Below, one piece after another: positions 22,451-26,346 of a stretch of 26,346 bases of DNA. The notes below the pieces were generated by a model. That model made no database searches. It saw only the letters and a list, made by a program, of their open reading frames with translations, and was not told the DNA's origin. Source of the stretch: Micromonosporaceae bacterium (GTDB lineage: Bacteria > Actinomycetota > Actinomycetes > Mycobacteriales > Micromonosporaceae); the NCBI GenBank assembly GCA_050264675.1, contig JBLNGJ010000562.1, positions 1-26,346 on the forward strand, given 5' to 3'. The position numbers and the translations under genes are program-made. How positions within the stretch are numbered: the first letter of the stretch is position 1; every line of letters starts with the position of its first letter.

Positions 22451-23281
22451 TCAGCGCCCGGTCCACCGGGGCGGGCGGCGCTGTGCGAACGCCGCGTGGA
22501 ACTCGGCGTGGTCATCGCCGGTCATGAGCAGCGCCTGGGTCATCGCGTCCAGCTCCAGTGCGCCGGACAGCGACATGTCCAGCTCGCGGGTCAGCAACGC
22601 CTTCGTCTGCGCGAAGGCCAGCGTCGGCCCCTCGGCCAGCCGGCGGGCCAACTGGCGCACCGCGCCATCGAGTTCGTCATCGGCGACCAGCTCGCTGACG
22701 AGGCCGTAGGCGTCGGCGGTGGCGGCGTCGATGGTGTCACCCAGCATGAGCAACTGGGTGGCCCGGCCCAGGCCGACCAGCCGGGGCAGCAGGTAGGCCG
22801 AGCCCATGTCGCCGCCGGAGAGGCCCACCTTGGTGAAGAGGAAGGCGAACCGGCCCGACGTGCTGACCACCCGGAAGTCCGACGCCAGCGCGATGACCGA
22901 GCCGGCACCGGCGGCCATGCCGTGGATGGCGGAGATGATGGGGATGGGCACCTCGCGCATCGCCTTGATGACGTCGCCGGTCATCCGGGTGAAGCCGATC
23001 AGCTCATCCGGCTTCATGCGCAACAGCTCACCGATGATTTCGTTGACATCACCACCGGCACAAAAGCCCTTACCGGAGCCCCGGATCACCAGCACCTTCG
23101 TGTCGCCCCGGTAGGGCAGCTCGTGCAGCAGGTCGCGCAGGTCGGCGTAGGCCGAGAAGGTCAGCGCGTTGAGCTTGTCCGGACGGTTGAAGACCACCGT
23201 CGCCACGTCGTCGCGGACCTCGAACTCGAAATGGTTCCAGTGCTGCGTCAGCCCGGCCGACGCCCGGTAGCGGCTCGCCAC
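22451..23281 (-). CDS. Enoyl-CoA hydratase/isomerase (crotonase) family protein, PaaG-like
   Basis: NRPDKLNAL, FCAGGDV, AAGAG, FTKVGLSGGDMG and LLPRLVG motifs, with a GGAAGG RBS. Confidence 0.9.
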   Translation of the reverse strand: MASRYRASAGLTQHWNHFEFEVRDDVATVVFNRPDKLNALTFSAYADLRDLLHELPYRGDTKVLVIRGSGKGFCAGGDVNEIIGELLRMKPDELIGFTRMTGDVIKAMREVPIPIISAIHGMAAGAGSVIALASDFRVVSTSGRFAFLFTKVGLSGGDMGSAYLLPRLVGLGRATQLLMLGDTIDAATADAYGLVSELVADDELDGAVRQLARRLAEGPTLAFAQTKALLTRELDMSLSGALELDAMTQALLMTGDDHAEFHAAFAQRRPPRWTGR

Positions 23282-23316
23282 ACGCCTTCCTTCCCGCTGG
23301 CGGCCGCTCGGCGGCC

Positions 23317-24444
23317 TCAGCGCGTCAACGCTCGACCGATAATCGTACGCTGCACCTCGGATGCCCCCTCGTAGATGCGGGGCGCGCGCACCTCGCGGTA
23401 GAGGTGCTCGAGCAGGTGGCCCCGCTGCAGCGCGCGAGCGCCATGCAGCTGCACCGCGGTGTCGACCACGAACTGCGCGCTCTCGGTGGCGAAGAGCTTC
23501 GCCATCGCCGAACGCTTGGTTATCTCGGCCGGATCGGCGCCCTCGTCAATGGCCGACGCGGCTGCGTAGACCAGCAGCCGGCTCGCCTCGGTGCGGGTGG
23601 CCATCTCGGCCAGTGCATGCGAGACGGCCTGCTGCTGGTGCAGCGGCTTGCCGAAGGCGTGCCGTTGTCCGGTGTGGATGATCGTCGCGTCCAGCGCCGC
23701 CTGGGCCATGCCCACGGCGAACGCGCCCACGCTCGGACGGAAGAGATCGAGCGTACGCATCGCCACCGCAAACCCGCGATCCAGCTCGCCGAGCACGTCG
23801 TGCCGTTCCACCCGAACTCCGTCGAAGGTGAGGCGGCCGATGGCGTGCGGCGCCAGCATGTCCAGGTGCTCGCCGCTGAGGCCTTTGGCATCGCCGGCGA
23901 CCACGAACGCGGTGATCCCGTCGGCCCGGCCCGGAGTCGTGCGGGCGAAGACCGAGTAGACATCGGCCTCGGGGGCGTTGGAGGCCCAGGCCTTCTCGCC
24001 GACGAGGCGCCAGCCGTCGCCGTCGGGCTCGGCCTTGAGGCTGAGCGCGGCCGCGTCGGAGCCGGCCCCCGGCTCGGAGAGGGCGTACGCCGCGACGGCG
24101 GTGCCGGCGAGCACGGCTGGTCGCCAGCGCTCGGCTGTCTGCGGGCTGCCGAAGTGCAGGAACGGGTAGCTGCCCAGGCCCTGCAGCGCGAGCGCGGTCT
24201 CGGCGTCGGTGTTCACCGTCGCCAGCGTCTCCCGGGCCAGGCAGATGTCCATCGCCGACGCTTTTCGTTCGGCCGTGCCGAAGACCCGTTCCAACAGGTC
24301 GTGCTCGCCCATGGCGGCGACGAGGCTGCGGTTGACGTGACCAGGTTCGCCCCGGGCGGCCAGCGGCGCCAGGACCGAGGTGGCGATCTGCCGGAGGTCT
24401 TCCACGAACGCTTGCTGCTCGTCGGTCAGCCCGAACCCTGTCAT
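23317..24444 (-). CDS. Acyl-CoA dehydrogenase family protein
   Basis: ALSEPGAGSD, GEKAW, RHAFGKPL, QLHGA and IYEGASEVQR motifs. ATG at 24444 (MTGFGLTDEQ). Confidence 0.92.
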   Translation of the reverse strand: MTGFGLTDEQQAFVEDLRQIATSVLAPLAARGEPGHVNRSLVAAMGEHDLLERVFGTAERKASAMDICLARETLATVNTDAETALALQGLGSYPFLHFGSPQTAERWRPAVLAGTAVAAYALSEPGAGSDAAALSLKAEPDGDGWRLVGEKAWASNAPEADVYSVFARTTPGRADGITAFVVAGDAKGLSGEHLDMLAPHAIGRLTFDGVRVERHDVLGELDRGFAVAMRTLDLFRPSVGAFAVGMAQAALDATIIHTGQRHAFGKPLHQQQAVSHALAEMATRTEASRLLVYAAASAIDEGADPAEITKRSAMAKLFATESAQFVVDTAVQLHGARALQRGHLLEHLYREVRAPRIYEGASEVQRTIIGRALTR

Positions 24445-24724
24445 GGTCTGCGATGGTACGGGCAAGTGCGCCCGGAGCGTTCGGCTATTTGGCACGTCTT
24501 CTCCTCCGACCACCGGTCGACCTCTGCCGGGCGATGTGGTCGACAGCGTACGAAGGCGACCCCCACGTGGGTCACCTCCAGGCTTGCGGTCGCCGCTGCA
24601 CCTACCGCTGCCGGGAAGAGTCCGTGCTCCTCGGGTCACATCAACGCGGCACAATCAAGGAGCATGCCCGCACCGCCTCGCGCGAGAGGGCGGAGTTCAG
24701 GAAACTGCCAGTCATGGGGGCCCC

Positions 24725-25222
24725 GTGCGACTGCTGATCATGGCCGACACTCATGTGCCGTCGCGGGCGCGCGACCTGCCGGCCGAGCTGTGGGCCGCGG
24801 TCGACCTGGCCGATGTAGTGGTCCACGCCGGCGACTGGACCGCGCCCGACCTGCTGCATGCCCTGCAGGCCCGCGCGGCTCGGTTGATCGGTGTGGTCGG
24901 CAACAACGACGGCGTCGACCTGCGGGCCGAGCTGCCGGAAGTGGCGCGGGCGGAGCTGGCCGGCGTACGCCTGGCGGTCGTGCACGAGACCGGCCCGGCG
25001 CCGGGCCGCGAGCGCCGATGCGCGGCCCGCTTCCCGCATCTTGACGTGCTCGTCTTCGGTCACTCGCACATCCCGTGGGACAGCGTCGCGCCAAGCGGGC
25101 TACAGCTGCTCAACCCCGGCTCGCCCACCGACCGGCGCCGCCAGCCGCACGCCACCTACCTCACCGCGACAGCCGACCGCGGCCGGCTGATCGACGTCGA
25201 GCTGCACCGCGTCGGGGTGTGA
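24725..25222 (+). CDS. Metallophosphoesterase (YfcE/MJ0936 calcineurin-like family)
   Basis: DTH, HAGD, GNND, GHSH and NPGS motifs. GTG at 24725 (VRLLIMADTH). Confidence 0.9.
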   Translation: MRLLIMADTHVPSRARDLPAELWAAVDLADVVVHAGDWTAPDLLHALQARAARLIGVVGNNDGVDLRAELPEVARAELAGVRLAVVHETGPAPGRERRCAARFPHLDVLVFGHSHIPWDSVAPSGLQLLNPGSPTDRRRQPHATYLTATADRGRLIDVELHRVGV

Positions 25223-25233
25223 GGCCGGCCGGG

Positions 25234-26019
25234 TCAGCGCAGCGCGACGATCGCCAGCAACAGTACGCAGTTGACCATCTCCAGCAACCCGACCCGCTTG
25301 GGGCTCAGCGGCCGGCCGGGCAGCAGCGCGGCCCGCGCCAGCAGCCAGGCGAAGAACCCGGCGACCCAGGGGCCGAGCCAGGCCAGGGCGGCGAGGGCGG
25401 TCGCGTGATACCCGATCGACCAGCGGCGGTAGGTGCGGCTCTCCCGTTCGCGGATCATGGTCTTGACGTACAGCACCGTGCCCAGGAAGTAGGCCAGGCA
25501 CAGCAGGAAAGGCGCCACGACGGCCCGTGGTGACACGCCGGCGACCGTCGCGACGACGAAGACAATCAGGCAGCTCTGCCCGACCAGCGCGATGTCGTTG
25601 AGCATGGCGCGTTCGCGCCGCCGGGCGGCGAAGAATGCATTGACCGCGAAGAGCGCGGCATAGACCGGCGCGTAGAGCAGCAGCCGGGGCCGGGCCACCA
25701 GCACGGTCAGCAGCAGCGCAGCGGTGACGCCGCCCCAGAGCAGCAGCTGGTCTCGCTGGCGGCGCCACCGGCGCGATTTGACCGCCTGGAAGGCGAAGTA
25801 CGAGAACAGGTACCCGCCGAGCCAGGCGCCGAGCAGCGGCAGATCCGGCCAGCGGTATCCGGCCGCGAAGAGCCCGGCCAGGTACGGCACGGCGAGCATC
25901 GCCCAGGCACCATGCTGCGGCGGTAGGAACCGTCGCCGCCATTCGCCCCGGCGGTGCAGCACCGGCGGCCGGGTGGACGGCGCGACCGGGGCGGCGTCCG
26001 GTGTGGACGGTGTTGACAC
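25234..26019 (-). CDS. YwiC-like family membrane protein
   Basis: Signature PPQHGAWAML, multiple TM segments, YVKTMIRER, and a GAGGTG RBS before GTG at 26019. Confidence 0.85.
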   Translation of the reverse strand: MSTPSTPDAAPVAPSTRPPVLHRRGEWRRRFLPPQHGAWAMLAVPYLAGLFAAGYRWPDLPLLGAWLGGYLFSYFAFQAVKSRRWRRQRDQLLLWGGVTAALLLTVLVARPRLLLYAPVYAALFAVNAFFAARRRERAMLNDIALVGQSCLIVFVVATVAGVSPRAVVAPFLLCLAYFLGTVLYVKTMIRERESRTYRRWSIGYHATALAALAWLGPWVAGFFAWLLARAALLPGRPLSPKRVGLLEMVNCVLLLAIVALR

Positions 26020-26092
26020 GGATCACCTCGTTCGGGCGAGCAGGCCGCGGGTCATCGGCGGTAAAACTACCAGGATCGATGCCGAGTCACCC

Positions 26093-26128
26093 GGGGCGTT
26101 CGTCCGGACATGAGGTGACCTGCGGCCC
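26093..26128. promoter_or_regulatory. Two DosR/DevR-like boxes, GGGGCGTTCGTCCG (26093-26106) and GTGACCTGCGGCCC (26115-26128)
   Basis: Both resemble the GGGACnnnnGnCCC core of DosR sites, are 22 bp apart, and lie upstream of an Acg-like gene. Confidence 0.5.
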
Positions 26129-26163
26129 TGACGGACAAGCCGAGCGCGATCGAAGCTGGGTCG

Positions 26164-26346
26164 ATGAGCACGACCATCGACCTCGCCGCCGGGCCAGCGC
26201 AACGGGTCCTGGCCGAGAAGTTCGACGTCCTGGTGGCCACGGCCGCCCGTGCGCCCTCGGTGCACAACACGCAGCCATGGCGCTTCCGCCTCGCCGGCCC
26301 GGTGCTGGAGTTGCACGCCGACCGCGCCCGACAGCTCAACCACGTC
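26164..26346 (+). CDS. Acg-family FMN-binding nitroreductase-like protein, 3'-truncated by the window edge
   Basis: Not in the ORF track. Reads MSTTIDL...AARAPSVHNTQPWRF...LELHADRARQL and is open to the window end. APSxHNxQPWRF followed by LxLxADxxRxL is Acg-like. Confidence 0.85.
   Translation, partial: MSTTIDLAAGPAQRVLAEKFDVLVATAARAPSVHNTQPWRFRLAGPVLELHADRARQLNHV

Noticed and set aside
24673-24693. GC-rich hairpin CCGCCTCGCGCGAGAGGGCGG as a terminator or riboswitch
   Set aside because: The stem is bulged, there is no U-tract, and it sits upstream of a gene start. Such stems are common by chance at this GC content.
24453-24737. 94-aa small ORF, and AAGGAG followed by ATG at 24664, in the acyl-CoA dehydrogenase/phosphoesterase intergenic region
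   Set aside because: The translation has no recognisable features and AAGGAG is only 1 nt from the ATG. The region is better explained as divergent promoter DNA.
1-26346. Intact IS/transposase, integrase, tRNA or rRNA genes
   Set aside because: I saw no DDE, tyrosine- or serine-recombinase motifs, terminal inverted repeats, or cloverleaf/rRNA signatures by eye. A covariance-model scan (tRNAscan-SE, Infernal) would be needed to exclude small RNAs.

Overview
High-GC actinobacterial chromosomal window; the gene families suggest a Micromonosporaceae/Streptomyces-like organism (inference). From left to right: (1) the 3' end of a DinB/DUF664 gene and an APH-like phosphotransferase; (2) an accessory-looking block (about 1.15-10.1 kb) with a membrane histidine kinase broken by an in-frame TAG, a kinase-like partner with no H-box and a +1 frameshift, an intact NarL/LuxR response regulator and a ~1760-aa secreted multi-repeat beta-sandwich protein, bracketed by two relics the ORF track does not reveal as genes (a GT2 glycosyltransferase fragment and a DUF222-type HNH fragment); (3) an alpha/beta-hydrolase-glycosyltransferase fusion divergent from a TetR gene, with two near-identical palindromic operators between them; (4) a Cys-repeat membrane-anchored protein coupled to a hypothetical gene, and an MFS transporter; (5) an aromatic-CoA (salicylyl/2-aminobenzoyl-CoA type) catabolic cluster around a PaaX-family regulator, with an 18-bp x3 tandem repeat at a convergent gene junction; (6) a metallophosphoesterase, a YwiC-like gene and the start of an Acg-like nitroreductase, with two DosR-like boxes between the last two. 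No rRNA, tRNA, CRISPR array or intact IS was seen. All family calls come from motif recognition, not database searches. Some lesions could be assembly errors.
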